Below the pieces are notes generated by a model. That model saw nothing but the letters and a program-made list of their open reading frames with translations. It did no database searches and was not told the origin of the DNA. Shown piece by piece: positions 31,034 through 41,124 of a stretch of 64,000 nt of DNA. The first letter of the stretch is position 1. Each line of letters begins with the position of its first letter. The stretch is from Mycoplasmatota bacterium (GTDB taxonomy: Bacteria > Bacillota_I > Bacilli_A > MAG-NZ): NCBI GenBank assembly GCA_018394315.1, contig CP074575.1:1272615-1336614 (forward strand), in the 5' to 3' direction. The translations under genes were made by a program, and so were the position numbers.

Positions 31034-31873
31034 ATGGAAATCATAACGAGTTTAAAAGACGTAAACCAAATGAATCTAGATGTAGATGGTTTCTTTTTAG
31101 GGACTAGATTTGGTGTGCGAAATGATATATTTTCACTAAGAGATATAGAATATATAATAAAGAATACGAATAAAAATGTTTATGTGAATGTAGATAAAAT
31201 ATTTAATGAGTCAGAATTGGATGAGGTTAAACAATACTTAATTGAACTTAAAAGATTAAACATAGATGGAATCTACTACTCTGATATGAGTGTATTTACA
31301 ATTTCTGAAGAATTGGATATTATTGATAAATTAATATATAATCCTGGAACTCTCGTAACCAATTATGAGGATGCTCTTTTCTATTTGAGATTAGGAGTAA
31401 AAAGAGTTTGTTTAGCAAGAGAGATTACTTTAGTAGATATTTTAAAAATTATGGAGTATTCTACTGACATCGAAGTAATAATTCATGGGAACTTAAACAT
31501 GTTTTATTCAAAAAGAAATCTTCTAACTAATTTTTTTGAGTTCACAAATCAAGAAGTAAGAAAAAAAGGACATCTTGTAGAAGAAATAAGGAGTGAAAGG
31601 TATCCAATAACCGAAGATGAAACTGGAACACATATTTTCCAAGGTGAGATACTCAATAGTTTTAAAGAACTTATGTACTTCAAAAATATAACAGTTCGAA
31701 TAGACGGATTTTTACAAGACGAGAAGTATATTGAAGATGTTACAAATATTTATGCTAACTTAAGAAATGATTTTGATGAGAAGAAAGCTTTTAAAGATTA
31801 CTCAATTAATTATAATGTTAACGAATTATCGACTGGATATTACTATAAAGAGACTAAATATATTAAGAAGTGA
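31034..31873 (+). CDS. U32 peptidase family, TrhP1/YrrN-like
   Basis: YNPGTLVTN, LAREITL, MFYSKRNLL, EDETGTHIF. Confidence 0.82.
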   Translation: MEIITSLKDVNQMNLDVDGFFLGTRFGVRNDIFSLRDIEYIIKNTNKNVYVNVDKIFNESELDEVKQYLIELKRLNIDGIYYSDMSVFTISEELDIIDKLIYNPGTLVTNYEDALFYLRLGVKRVCLAREITLVDILKIMEYSTDIEVIIHGNLNMFYSKRNLLTNFFEFTNQEVRKKGHLVEEIRSERYPITEDETGTHIFQGEILNSFKELMYFKNITVRIDGFLQDEKYIEDVTNIYANLRNDFDEKKAFKDYSINYNVNELSTGYYYKETKYIKK

Positions 31874-33057
31874 TGAGTATGTTTAAACCAGAACTGCTTG
31901 CTCCTGCAGGTGATTTAGAAAAACTTAAAATAGCAATTATTTACGGTGCAGATGCTGTTTATATTGGTGGAATGAACTTTTCTTTAAGGGCGAGGAGTTC
32001 TAACTTTAGTGTTGCAGATATCAAGGAAGCTTGTGAGTTTGCGCATTCATATAATAAAAAAGTATATATTACGACTAATATTTTACCGCATAATAATGAT
32101 TTGGAAGGACTTAAGGAGTATTTACTCGAGTTAAAAGAAGCAAATGTTGATGCAGTGATTTGTGCTTCACCAATAGTCATCCAAAAGGCTAATGAAGTAG
32201 GACTTGAAGTACATCTTTCGACTCAAGCTTCCACATCAAACTCAAAAGCTATGAAGTTTTGGAAGAAACATAACGTAAAAAGAATTGTTACCGCAAGAGA
32301 GTTATCAATTTCTGAAATTGATAAAGTCAGAAAGAATACCGAGATAGATATTGAGGTTTTTATTCACGGGGGAATGTGTGTATCCTATTCAGGTCGATGT
32401 ACTTTAAGTAATTACATGACTGACAGAGATGCTAACCGTGGAGGATGTGCTCATTCATGTAGGTGGAATTACGATTTTTACGATAATGAAAAGTACAATA
32501 AGGATATTTCATTTTCCATGAGTAGTAAGGATTTAAATGCTGTAGACTTTATAACTAGATTAATTAATATAGGAGTCAACTCACTAAAAATTGAGGGTAG
32601 GATGAAATCTGTCCATTATATAGCAACAGTAATAGGAACATATCGTAAGTTAATTGATGAATACACCGAGACTGGTAAAATTGATATAGATTATTATCAA
32701 AAAGAAATAATAAAAGCAGAAAATAGGTTGACTTCAACAGGGTTTTTACTAGGAGATCCGACATCTGAACAGCAACTTTACAATATGAGAAGTGAAAAGC
32801 CTACTCAAACATTTATTGGATATATCTTAGATTATATTGACGGATATGCTAAGATTGAGGAAAGAAATAAATTTGAGAAGGGGTGTAGAGCAGAAGTATT
32901 TGGTCCAGGTATACATAAGGAATTTACGATTGAGGAAATATTAGATCAAGATGGCAATGAAATAGATGTAGCAAGACATCCAAAAGAAATATTAAAAATA
33001 AAAGTACCATTTAAAGTTAGTAAGCATGATATGATAAGAAAGGTTGATAATAAATGA
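31873..33057 (+). CDS. U32 peptidase family, TrhP2/YrrO-like tRNA hydroxylation protein
   Basis: PELLAPAG, HGGMCVSYSGRC, NRGGCAHSCRW, SLKIEGRMKS. Confidence 0.9.
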   Translation: MSMFKPELLAPAGDLEKLKIAIIYGADAVYIGGMNFSLRARSSNFSVADIKEACEFAHSYNKKVYITTNILPHNNDLEGLKEYLLELKEANVDAVICASPIVIQKANEVGLEVHLSTQASTSNSKAMKFWKKHNVKRIVTARELSISEIDKVRKNTEIDIEVFIHGGMCVSYSGRCTLSNYMTDRDANRGGCAHSCRWNYDFYDNEKYNKDISFSMSSKDLNAVDFITRLINIGVNSLKIEGRMKSVHYIATVIGTYRKLIDEYTETGKIDIDYYQKEIIKAENRLTSTGFLLGDPTSEQQLYNMRSEKPTQTFIGYILDYIDGYAKIEERNKFEKGCRAEVFGPGIHKEFTIEEILDQDGNEIDVARHPKEILKIKVPFKVSKHDMIRKVDNK

Positions 33058-33671
33058 GACCAATAATAATTGGAGTAGCAGGTGGATCAGGAAGCGGGAA
33101 AACTACTATAGTAAACTTAATTATGGAAAACCTAAATGAAGACGATGTTGTAATTATAAGACATGATGACTATTATAAGGATCAATCTGACATGGAAATG
33201 GAAGAAAGAACTAAAGTAAATTATGACCATCCATTTTCATTAGATAATAATTTATTAAGAAATGATTTACTAAAACTAGTAAATGATGAATCAATAGAAA
33301 AACCAATTTATGATTTTACAATTCATAATAGAATGAAAGAAGTAGAGATTGTAAAACCTGCGAAGGTTATTGTTGTAGAAGGTATTTTGATTTTTGAAGA
33401 CGCGGGGTTAAGAGATTTGATGGACATAAAAGTTTATGTTGAGGCTGACCCAGACTTAAGGTTTATTAGAAGGCTTGAAAGAGATGTTAAAGAAAGAGCA
33501 AGGTCTATGGATTCTGTAATAAATCAGTATTTATCAACTGTAAAGCCAATGCATTATCAGTTTGTAAGTCCTTCAAAAAGACATGCAGACATTATTATTC
33601 CAAATCACTATAAACATTCTGTTGCGACAGACGTGATGATAACAAAAATTAAATCTATTATTTCCGCATAA
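33054..33671 (+). CDS. udk: uridine kinase
   Basis: GVAGGSGSGKTT, NYDHP, VEGIL, RRLERD, KPMH. Confidence 0.96.
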   Translation: MRPIIIGVAGGSGSGKTTIVNLIMENLNEDDVVIIRHDDYYKDQSDMEMEERTKVNYDHPFSLDNNLLRNDLLKLVNDESIEKPIYDFTIHNRMKEVEIVKPAKVIVVEGILIFEDAGLRDLMDIKVYVEADPDLRFIRRLERDVKERARSMDSVINQYLSTVKPMHYQFVSPSKRHADIIIPNHYKHSVATDVMITKIKSIISA

Positions 33672-33710
33672 TTTAATGTATAATTTATTATTAGAAGGAG
33701 TGTGAATTTT

Positions 33711-34184
33711 ATGGTAAATACACAACCACATGAGTTAACTACCGATGGATTACAAAAATTAGAAAAAGAAATAAAGCATTTAAGAGAAGTTGCGCGAATA
33801 GACAATATAAAAGCTTTACAAGATGCTAGAGCTCAAGGAGACTTGTCTGAAAACGCTGATTATGATGCAGCACGAGAACAACAAGCGAAGATAAATGGAA
33901 GAATCTCTGAAATTGAAAATATTCTAAAAAACTACGTAATTATTACTGAAGATGATTCTGATGCAGTTAAGACTGGAAAAACTGTTGTAGTAAAATTTGA
34001 AGGTGAAGAAGAATTGGAGACCTATATTATTGTAGGTAGTTTGGAAACAGACCCATTAGAAGGAAAAGTTTCAAATCAATCACCTTTAGGCAAAGCTTTA
34101 ATAGGAAAAACTTCAGGTCAAAAAGTAGATTATATAACTGAGTCAGGAAAAGAATTTGTTCTTGAAGTAATTGAAGTACGATAA
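33711..34184 (+). CDS. greA: transcription elongation factor GreA
   Basis: ARAQGDLSENADYDAA, SPLGKALIG. Confidence 0.96.
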   Translation: MVNTQPHELTTDGLQKLEKEIKHLREVARIDNIKALQDARAQGDLSENADYDAAREQQAKINGRISEIENILKNYVIITEDDSDAVKTGKTVVVKFEGEEELETYIIVGSLETDPLEGKVSNQSPLGKALIGKTSGQKVDYITESGKEFVLEVIEVR

Positions 34185-34231
34185 ATCTAATAAATGCTAA
34201 ACAAAATGAGAGTATAAGACTCTCTTTTTGT

Positions 34232-34900
34232 TTATTCTAATAATTGCAAATACAATTTCATTAGAGCTCTTTTTTCAATTCTAGAAACATAAGATCTGGA
34301 GATTCCCAAGTCATTAGCGATATTTTTTTGCGTTTCAGGAATATTTTTTTCTAATCCGTACCTACGTATAAGAATTACTAATTCTCTTTCTGAAAGAATT
34401 TTTAAGGCCTTTTTTAGCTTAATTATACTTTCATCAAGAATATGCTGATCCTCTAGAGATTCTGATTCATCTGGCATGATATCGATAAGAAGTATTTCAT
34501 TACCTTCTTTGTCGTACCCTATAGGTGAGTTCAGTAATGTTATATTTCTTTTTTTCTTATTAGACCTTAATTGCATAAGAATTTCGTTTTCAACGCATCT
34601 AGCTGCATATGTAGCTAATTTGGTTGCACTTGGGTGCTTATATGTATCTACTGCCTTTATTAAACCAATTGAGCCAATTGAGAGTAAGTCTTCTTTGCTC
34701 TCTCCGGTATTTTCAAATTTTTTTACAATATGAGCTACTAGTCTTAAATTGTGTTCAATAAGTTTATTTCTAGAATTCTTATCGCCTTGTTTCATTCTAT
34801 CTAAATAGAATAACTCCATTTCAGGGGTTAATTTCTCTGGATATGAAGCGGATTTTATCATTCCTAAAATAGGGAAAATGATATTCAAGATATTAAACAT
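34232..34900 (-). CDS. sigK: sporulation sigma factor SigK (uninterrupted)
   Basis: LIEHNLRLVAHIVKKFENTG, LATYAARCVENEILM, PIGYDKEGNEI.LID, ISRSYVSRIEKRALMKL; hydrophobic pro-sequence-like N-terminus. Confidence 0.93.
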   Translation of the reverse strand: MFNILNIIFPILGMIKSASYPEKLTPEMELFYLDRMKQGDKNSRNKLIEHNLRLVAHIVKKFENTGESKEDLLSIGSIGLIKAVDTYKHPSATKLATYAARCVENEILMQLRSNKKKRNITLLNSPIGYDKEGNEILLIDIMPDESESLEDQHILDESIIKLKKALKILSERELVILIRRYGLEKNIPETQKNIANDLGISRSYVSRIEKRALMKLYLQLLE

Positions 34901-34977
34901 ATAATCCTCTCTTAGACAAACAGTTTAATATTTAGTATAATTGGAAAGAATAAATATTAAATTAATAGGAGCAAATT

Positions 34978-35541
34978 ATGTTAAAAGAAATTTTTAAGGC
35001 AAAAATGTATCTACCTCGTAAGAATTATCAAACTGTTTATGATATAGACTTTAATAAATTATATTCCGAGGGAAAACGATATATTCTCACAGATCTAGAC
35101 AATACAATAATCTCTTACTCGTTTACTTCACCTACTGATGAAGTGAAAGAATTCTTTAAAAAATTAAAAGAAATTGGTTTTCAAATAGCTATAGTTTCAA
35201 ATAGTCCTATTTCTAGAGTGAAGAAGTTTTTAGATGAATTAGATGTATACGGGATTGCTAGTTGTAAGAAGCCTTTACTAAATGGTGTAAGAAGAGCACT
35301 TAATTATTTTGATAATCCTTCTAATGATGAGGTTATATTATTAGGGGATCAATTGCTGACTGATGTTTTAGTAGGTAATAGACTAGGGATTGAAGTTTAT
35401 TTTGTTATGCCTTTAGAAGAAACAAGTGAGAAATGGTATACAAAGTTAAATCGAACGGTAGAGAAAATAATAGCTAGAAGAGTTAAAAGAAAACATCCTG
35501 ATTTATATAAAGAGTTATTAGGAGATAGATATGGAGATTAA
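34978..35541 (+). CDS. yqeG: YqeG family HAD IIIA phosphatase
   Basis: TDLDNT, VSN, KKP, GDQLLTDV. Confidence 0.92.
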   Translation: MLKEIFKAKMYLPRKNYQTVYDIDFNKLYSEGKRYILTDLDNTIISYSFTSPTDEVKEFFKKLKEIGFQIAIVSNSPISRVKKFLDELDVYGIASCKKPLLNGVRRALNYFDNPSNDEVILLGDQLLTDVLVGNRLGIEVYFVMPLEETSEKWYTKLNRTVEKIIARRVKRKHPDLYKELLGDRYGD

Positions 35542-36613
35542 ATGTATTGGATGTGGTGCAAAGATTCAGAGTGAAGATAGTAATTTACCAGGTTTTGTAC
35601 CTCGGAGCATTACGAAAGAAGAAGCTTATTGTCAAAGGTGTTTTCAAATAAAACACTATAATAAAGCATCAAAAGTAAATATAAATGAACAAGATTACTT
35701 GAACATTTTACATAATATTGAAGATAACGCTTTGATTATCAACATAGTTGATATTTTTGATTTTCACGGGAGTTTTATAAATGGACTGAATAGAATAGTC
35801 TCTAGTAATGATGTGATTCTAGTTGGGAATAAAATTGATTTATTTCCAAAGAGTATAAACCCTTATAAAATAAGGAATTGGATGAGATCGGTTTCAAAAG
35901 ATTTAGGACTTAATATCATTGATGTTGAATTAATATCTTCACTAAAGAATAAAAGAATAGATAATGTAATTGAATTAATTAATAAGTATCAAAACAATAG
36001 GAATGTATATGTTGTAGGGTGTACTAATGTTGGGAAGTCCACATTTATCAATTCATTAATTAATTACTATACTGAATTTAATAATTTAATCACTACTTCG
36101 TTTTTCCCGGGTACTACTTTAAATACAATTGAGATTGAATTAAATGGTCAATTACTTGTAGATACACCAGGTATTGTTAATAGACATCAAATAGGACACT
36201 ATTTAGGGAATGAATCACTGAAGTATGTTACACCATATAAAGGTATCAAACCAATAATTTATCAATTAGAACCGCTCAATACTTTGTTTTTTGGAGGCTT
36301 TGTTAGATTAGATTTATTAGAAGGGAATAAGACTTCATTTGTATTTTATAAAGCAAATAAAGTACCTGTTCATAGAACTAAAACATCTAACGCTGAGAAT
36401 TTCTACAAGAGACATTTAGGAGAATTATTATCACCTCCAACCTTAGATGAACTTGAATTACTAGGTGAAAACAAGAAACACTTACTTAAGGTAAAGAGAA
36501 AACAAGACATAGTAATATCTGGGTTAGGTTTCATTACACTTAATAGTGATGTGATAGTAAACATATACCTGCCTGAAAAAATTAAATTTTTTGTGAGGAA
36601 TTCAATTATATAA
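35531..36613 (+). CDS. yqeH: ribosome biogenesis GTPase YqeH
   Basis: CIGCG...CQRCF, NKID, GCTNVGKST, PGTT, DTPG. Confidence 0.95.
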   Translation: MEIKCIGCGAKIQSEDSNLPGFVPRSITKEEAYCQRCFQIKHYNKASKVNINEQDYLNILHNIEDNALIINIVDIFDFHGSFINGLNRIVSSNDVILVGNKIDLFPKSINPYKIRNWMRSVSKDLGLNIIDVELISSLKNKRIDNVIELINKYQNNRNVYVVGCTNVGKSTFINSLINYYTEFNNLITTSFFPGTTLNTIEIELNGQLLVDTPGIVNRHQIGHYLGNESLKYVTPYKGIKPIIYQLEPLNTLFFGGFVRLDLLEGNKTSFVFYKANKVPVHRTKTSNAENFYKRHLGELLSPPTLDELELLGENKKHLLKVKRKQDIVISGLGFITLNSDVIVNIYLPEKIKFFVRNSII

Positions 36614-37155
36614 TGTTAGAGATTATTAAGGACAAATTAAGGAATAATAAACTTAGACTAGAGCATAGTTTAGGTGTTGCAGAAGAATGTGTTAGATTAG
36701 CAAAACATTACAATTTAGACAATAAAAAGGCTGAAACCATGGGATTACTTCATGATATTGCAAAGGGATTACCTTTTGATGAGCAAGAAAGGTTGATGAT
36801 TGAAGCTGGATATGACACTAGTATCAGTCATAAAATTTGGCATGCATATGTAGGCGAATATATTTGTAGAACAGAACTAAAAATTACTGATGAGGAAATA
36901 CTAAATGGTATAAAGTATCACACAACGTGCCACCCAGATTTGACTCCACTGATGAAAGTTTTGATGATTGCTGATATGACAGAAAATAGAGTTAGAGATG
37001 AAGAAATGGGACATAAATTAAGAGAGATGTCTTTGAACGGATTAAATGAAACAATCGCATATAAACTGAATTGGATGATAAAGCGTGATTTTGAACTACA
37101 TCCTGATACAGTTAGAGCGTATAATAAATACAAAGGATATGTAAAAGAGGAATAA
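36613..37155 (+). CDS. yqeK: YqeK HD-domain Ap4A hydrolase
   Basis: HSLGV, LLHDIAK, WHA, YHTT, AD. Confidence 0.88.
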   Translation: MLEIIKDKLRNNKLRLEHSLGVAEECVRLAKHYNLDNKKAETMGLLHDIAKGLPFDEQERLMIEAGYDTSISHKIWHAYVGEYICRTELKITDEEILNGIKYHTTCHPDLTPLMKVLMIADMTENRVRDEEMGHKLREMSLNGLNETIAYKLNWMIKRDFELHPDTVRAYNKYKGYVKEE

Positions 37156-37156
37156 A

Positions 37157-37507
37157 ATGAAAATGTTAAAAGATGTTATAAATATTATTGATGATGTCAG
37201 AGGAAAAGAAATTGTTTGTTTTGACATGGAAGGAGTTAGCCCATATTATAGATATGTTGTTATATGTAGTGGTAATTCCGATAGGCAAACTAATGCGATC
37301 ATGAATCGTTTAAGAGACTATTATATTGAAAAGAAGCTTTCTGTAAGGGTTGAAGGTAAAGAGTCCGGAAGATGGGTACTAATAGATCTTGGTGATATAA
37401 TAGTTAATGTATTTATCGAAGAAGAAAGAGCGTATTTTCAATTGGAAAAACTGTGGCTAGATGTACCTAGGGTTGATGTTGAAAGCTTAATTACAAAGAA
37501 TGTATAG
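37157..37507 (+). CDS. rsfS: ribosome silencing factor
   Basis: VICSGNSDRQ, WVLIDLGDIIV, LEKLW. Confidence 0.93.
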   Translation: MKMLKDVINIIDDVRGKEIVCFDMEGVSPYYRYVVICSGNSDRQTNAIMNRLRDYYIEKKLSVRVEGKESGRWVLIDLGDIIVNVFIEEERAYFQLEKLWLDVPRVDVESLITKNV

Positions 37508-38165
37508 TAAACTAGCATATTTTTATGATTCATTAGTAGATGCAGATTATGAGCAAATTATTAATGAGATTAAGAGTAATATTAAAACTGGATCTAAGGT
37601 GCTCGATCTGGCCTGTGGCACGGGTACTGTAATCAATGCTCTTAAAGACTCATACGATATGATTGGCGTTGATATCTCAGAGGATATGTTAGAAATTGCT
37701 AGAGAAAAAAATCCGAATGTAGATTTATTTATTCATGATCTAAGGGATGATTTTTTTCTTGAGGGACTAGACGCTATAATATGTAATCTAGATTCAATAA
37801 ATTACTTGCTTTTAGAAAATGAAGTCGAAAAATTACTTAAGAATGTTAGTGATAATTTGAAGGGTGGTATCTTTATCTTTGATGTACACGCTCATTCAAA
37901 ATTAGAAACGCTTAGAGATTACTTAAGTGTTGATCTAGATCATGATGTTAGTTACATATGGAAAGTGGATATTAAGAAAGATTTCATTTATCACTATCTA
38001 ACATTTTTTATAAAAGATAAAGACAATTATGTTAGATTTGATGAAGAGCATGTTCAAAAAGTTTATTCACAAGATTTCTATGAAAAATTACTTAGTAAGT
38101 ATTCTTTTGATTTTTCAGTGAAATATTTAGAAGATCGTATTTTGTTTGTCTGTAATAAAAGATAA
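37500..38165 (+). CDS. class I SAM methyltransferase (YqeM-like)
   Basis: LDLACGTG, GVDISEDML, DSINYL, RFDEEH. Confidence 0.88.
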   Translation: MYSKLAYFYDSLVDADYEQIINEIKSNIKTGSKVLDLACGTGTVINALKDSYDMIGVDISEDMLEIAREKNPNVDLFIHDLRDDFFLEGLDAIICNLDSINYLLLENEVEKLLKNVSDNLKGGIFIFDVHAHSKLETLRDYLSVDLDHDVSYIWKVDIKKDFIYHYLTFFIKDKDNYVRFDEEHVQKVYSQDFYEKLLSKYSFDFSVKYLEDRILFVCNKR

Positions 38166-38194
38166 AAGAATACACAAAATATAATGGTGATTAT

Positions 38195-38329
38195 ATGAAA
38201 AAAAATCTTGAAGGAATGAAGTTGCCATGTTTTCCTATTTGTAAGGGAATCTTAACTGAAGAAGAAAAAGCAAAAATAAAAGCAGAATTTGCTCAAGTGT
38301 ATGCAGTAAAAAATGATCAAGTAAATTGA
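38195..38329 (+). CDS. small hypothetical protein, 44 aa; not in ORF track
   Basis: GGTGA RBS; MKKNLEGMKLPCFPICKGILTEEEKAKIKAEFAQVYAVKNDQVN; terminator immediately after. Confidence 0.55.
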   Translation: MKKNLEGMKLPCFPICKGILTEEEKAKIKAEFAQVYAVKNDQVN

Positions 38330-38332
38330 ATT

Positions 38333-38361
38333 AAAATGTCCAATCTGTTGGACATTTTTTT
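38333..38361 (+). terminator. intrinsic terminator ending the yqe operon
   Basis: AAAATGTCCAA-tctg-TTGGACATTTT-TTT. Confidence 0.8.
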
Positions 38362-38416
38362 GAATTTTATAGTAAAATTCTATCTCGACTTAATTATTTA
38401 TTTTGAGGTGATTCAT

Positions 38417-38917
38417 ATGGAAAAAAAATATATTTTGATAGGTGCAGTTATTATAGCTTTAATTTATTATCAAATGAATAATAAACAAGATGATCCTTTA
38501 GAAGAAGTTGTAAGCATTGTTGAAGAAGAGTATGTGTATGTAGATATAAAAGGCGAGATAACATCTCCTGGAGTTTATATGGTGAATTATGGAACTAGAT
38601 TATATGAACTAATAGAACTCGCCGGTGGAGTCACAAGCAATGCAGATATTAGCAGCTTGAATCTTTCAAAAATAGTTGAAGACGAAACGGCAGTTACTAT
38701 CAAACAATTTGAAGATAAGAGTCACAATTTCATTTCGATTAATACGGCAGATCAAATAATGCTTATGACATTACCTAATCTTGGTGAAGCTAAGGCAAAT
38801 GCAATAATTAAGTACCGTGATGCAAACGGTCCATTTGTAAATACAGAGGACATTATGTTAGTTCCTGGTATCGGAGAGAGTATTTATGAGTCGATTAAAG
38901 ATTTTATTTCTATCTAA
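38417..38917 (+). CDS. comEA: competence DNA receptor ComEA
   Basis: TM anchor, VDIKGEI..PGVY SLBB domain, INTA...LPNLG..KA..II.YR HhH; start at ATG after GAGGTGA. Confidence 0.92.
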   Translation: MEKKYILIGAVIIALIYYQMNNKQDDPLEEVVSIVEEEYVYVDIKGEITSPGVYMVNYGTRLYELIELAGGVTSNADISSLNLSKIVEDETAVTIKQFEDKSHNFISINTADQIMLMTLPNLGEAKANAIIKYRDANGPFVNTEDIMLVPGIGESIYESIKDFISI

Positions 38918-41009
38918 CAATATAATTTTTATCGCATTTTCTGTCCTTAGCGTAATTTTATCCTTAAGCAATATTTTTCTTATAATCCCAAGTGTTATTT
39001 TCTGAATATGGCTTTATAAAACCAAACTGTTTGAGATATCACTTCTAATAAGTTTAATTGTCGGAGTATTATTTGTAAATTATCAAAACTATCAACCAAA
39101 ATTTTCGAATGATTGTTTAGTTATTGAAAGTTATGATGATAAATCAGTGTGTCAAAGTTCTGATAACTACATTATATATGAGTCATTTGATATAGGGGAT
39201 TATCTAAATGTTAAAGGAGAATATTACATCCCAAGAGCTGCTAGCTCTCCTTTTACTTTTGATTATTCTATGTATTTAAAGACAAAGAAAATATTCTTTT
39301 TAGTATATGAGCCAGAAGTAGAATTCATAGGAAAAGAGAAAACAATTTATGATATAAGGGAATATGTAAAAGACTATATTGATACATTTCCTGAAAAAAT
39401 TCGTGCATATCTTTACGCACTTATTATTGGAGATAAATCATTACTTGATGATGATGTTGTATCTAATTTAAGTGATGTTGGTATAATTCATCTCTTTGCT
39501 ATTTCAGGCTTACATGTTGGACTAATATGTATGATATTTAGGAAACTATTGTCAGTAATTCTAAATGAGTCTACTGTAGATAATTTATTAATTATTTTTC
39601 TGTTAGTATATATCGTTGTAGCAGGTTTCAGTCCTTCAGTGTTAAGAGCGAGTGTCATGTATAGCTTAAGTATAGTATTTAGGAAATTTAGAATTCCTTT
39701 TTCAAGTTTAGATATAATTAGTATTACTTTTATTTTATTCATACTTATAAATCCATATTATATCTTTGATATTGGATTTCAGCTATCATTCTTGGTTTCA
39801 TTGTTCTTGGTTTTAGGTTGGAGAATAATAGAAGGTGACGTTATTAGACAAGTACTCTTTGTAAGTATTTTGGCGCAATTAGCTACTCTACCATTAATTG
39901 TTAACTTAAACAATGAGTTAAATCTCTTCAGTATTTTTTTTAATGTAATATTCGTAATTATCATGGGATATATTTTTTTACCTATGACATTTATAAGTTT
40001 CTTCATAAGGATGTTTAATAATTTGTATGGACAATTAATAATAGTTTTTGAAAATCTGTTGAATTCGGTAAATGATTTCAGCTATATCATCAGAGTAGGT
40101 AATATTCATGTTCTATTTATTATAATATATTATGTCTTTTTGTATTTGTTTTTAGTTAATACTGAAAACAAGAAAAAATACTATACGTTTTATATAATAA
40201 TGCTTTGTTTGCTATTTTTGAATAAGGTTAATCCGGTTGGAGAAGTTTATTTTTTAGATGTAGGTCAAGGTGATAGTACATTATTTAAGAGCCCTTTTAA
40301 TAGTTGTAATGTTTTGATAGATACTGGAGGGAAACAACGAAGTAACATTACTGAAAATAATGTAACACCTGTTTTAAAGAGTCTTGGAGTAGAGAGAATT
40401 GATTATTTTGTTTTAACACACTCTCATTACGATCATGTGGGTGGAACAAAAGAAATAATAGACTCATTCAAGATACATAATCTTGTTGTGAGTAAATATA
40501 ATAGTGGTGAGATGATTAAGGGTTATATTCAACAAGCTAAAAGACGTGGTATAAACATTATTTATGTGAATAAGGGTGATTATTTTGGCTGTAACAATGA
40601 ATATAAAGTTATTGCTCCTAGTAAGTCTTACGATTCAATAAATAATCAATCCATCGTTTTAGAAGCCTCCATTTTTAATAAAAAGTGGTTATTAATAGGA
40701 GATTCTGAACTCAAAAAATTTTCATCAAGTAATATTGATATTTTGAAAGTAGGTCATCATGGATCAGATACATCTTTGGATGAATCATTATTACAGGAAC
40801 TCAAACCAAGTACTTCTATAATATCTGTTGGTATAAATACCTATGGTTTACCTTCGAGGAATATATTAGAACTACTAGAAAAATATAGAGTTAGAACTTT
40901 TAGAACTGATGTTTCTAAGACAATCATATATCTAGATATAGGAAATGGTATATTTTATTCTACTAAATCATATAATAATAGTATCTTAGGGAAACCTAAG
41001 ATCTTATAA
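38886..41009 (+). pseudogene. comEC: ComEC DNA uptake channel with an in-frame TGA at codon 40 (possible nonsense allele)
   Basis: HLFAISGLH, SVLRA, GFQLSF, LDVGQGD, THSHYDH, KVGHHGS; ATG 38886 overlapping comEA is in frame with the 39147-41009 ORF, separated by one TGA at 39003-39005. Confidence 0.75.
40948..40976 (+). promoter_or_regulatory. candidate sigma-E promoter inside the comEC 3' end
   Basis: GTATATT-N14-CATATAAT. Confidence 0.6.
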
Positions 41010-41075
41010 GTCATTAGGCGTTAAATACGTTTAATGTTTATATATATTGGGTGCACTTTATTGTGCACTCTTTTT
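40983..41075 (+). ncRNA. candidate ~93-nt small RNA with three hairpins
   Basis: H1 ATCTTAGG-GAAA-CCTAAGAT; H2 CATTAGGCGT-TAAAT-ACGTTTAATG; H3 terminator GGGTGCAC-TTTATT-GTGCACTC-TTTTT; begins right after the candidate sigma-E -10. Confidence 0.55.
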
Positions 41076-41124
41076 CCTTGTGCTATAATTTCATATATCA
41101 TTTAAATTAATTGGAGCTGGTATA

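Noticed and set aside
34185..34977. skin-type element at sigK
   Set aside because: sigK is continuous and no recombinase or phage genes flank it.
39003..39005. Genome-wide UGA=Trp recoding (genetic code 4)
   Set aside because: murE, nadE, alaS and miaB end at TGA at their expected C-termini, and Trp is encoded by TGG elsewhere.
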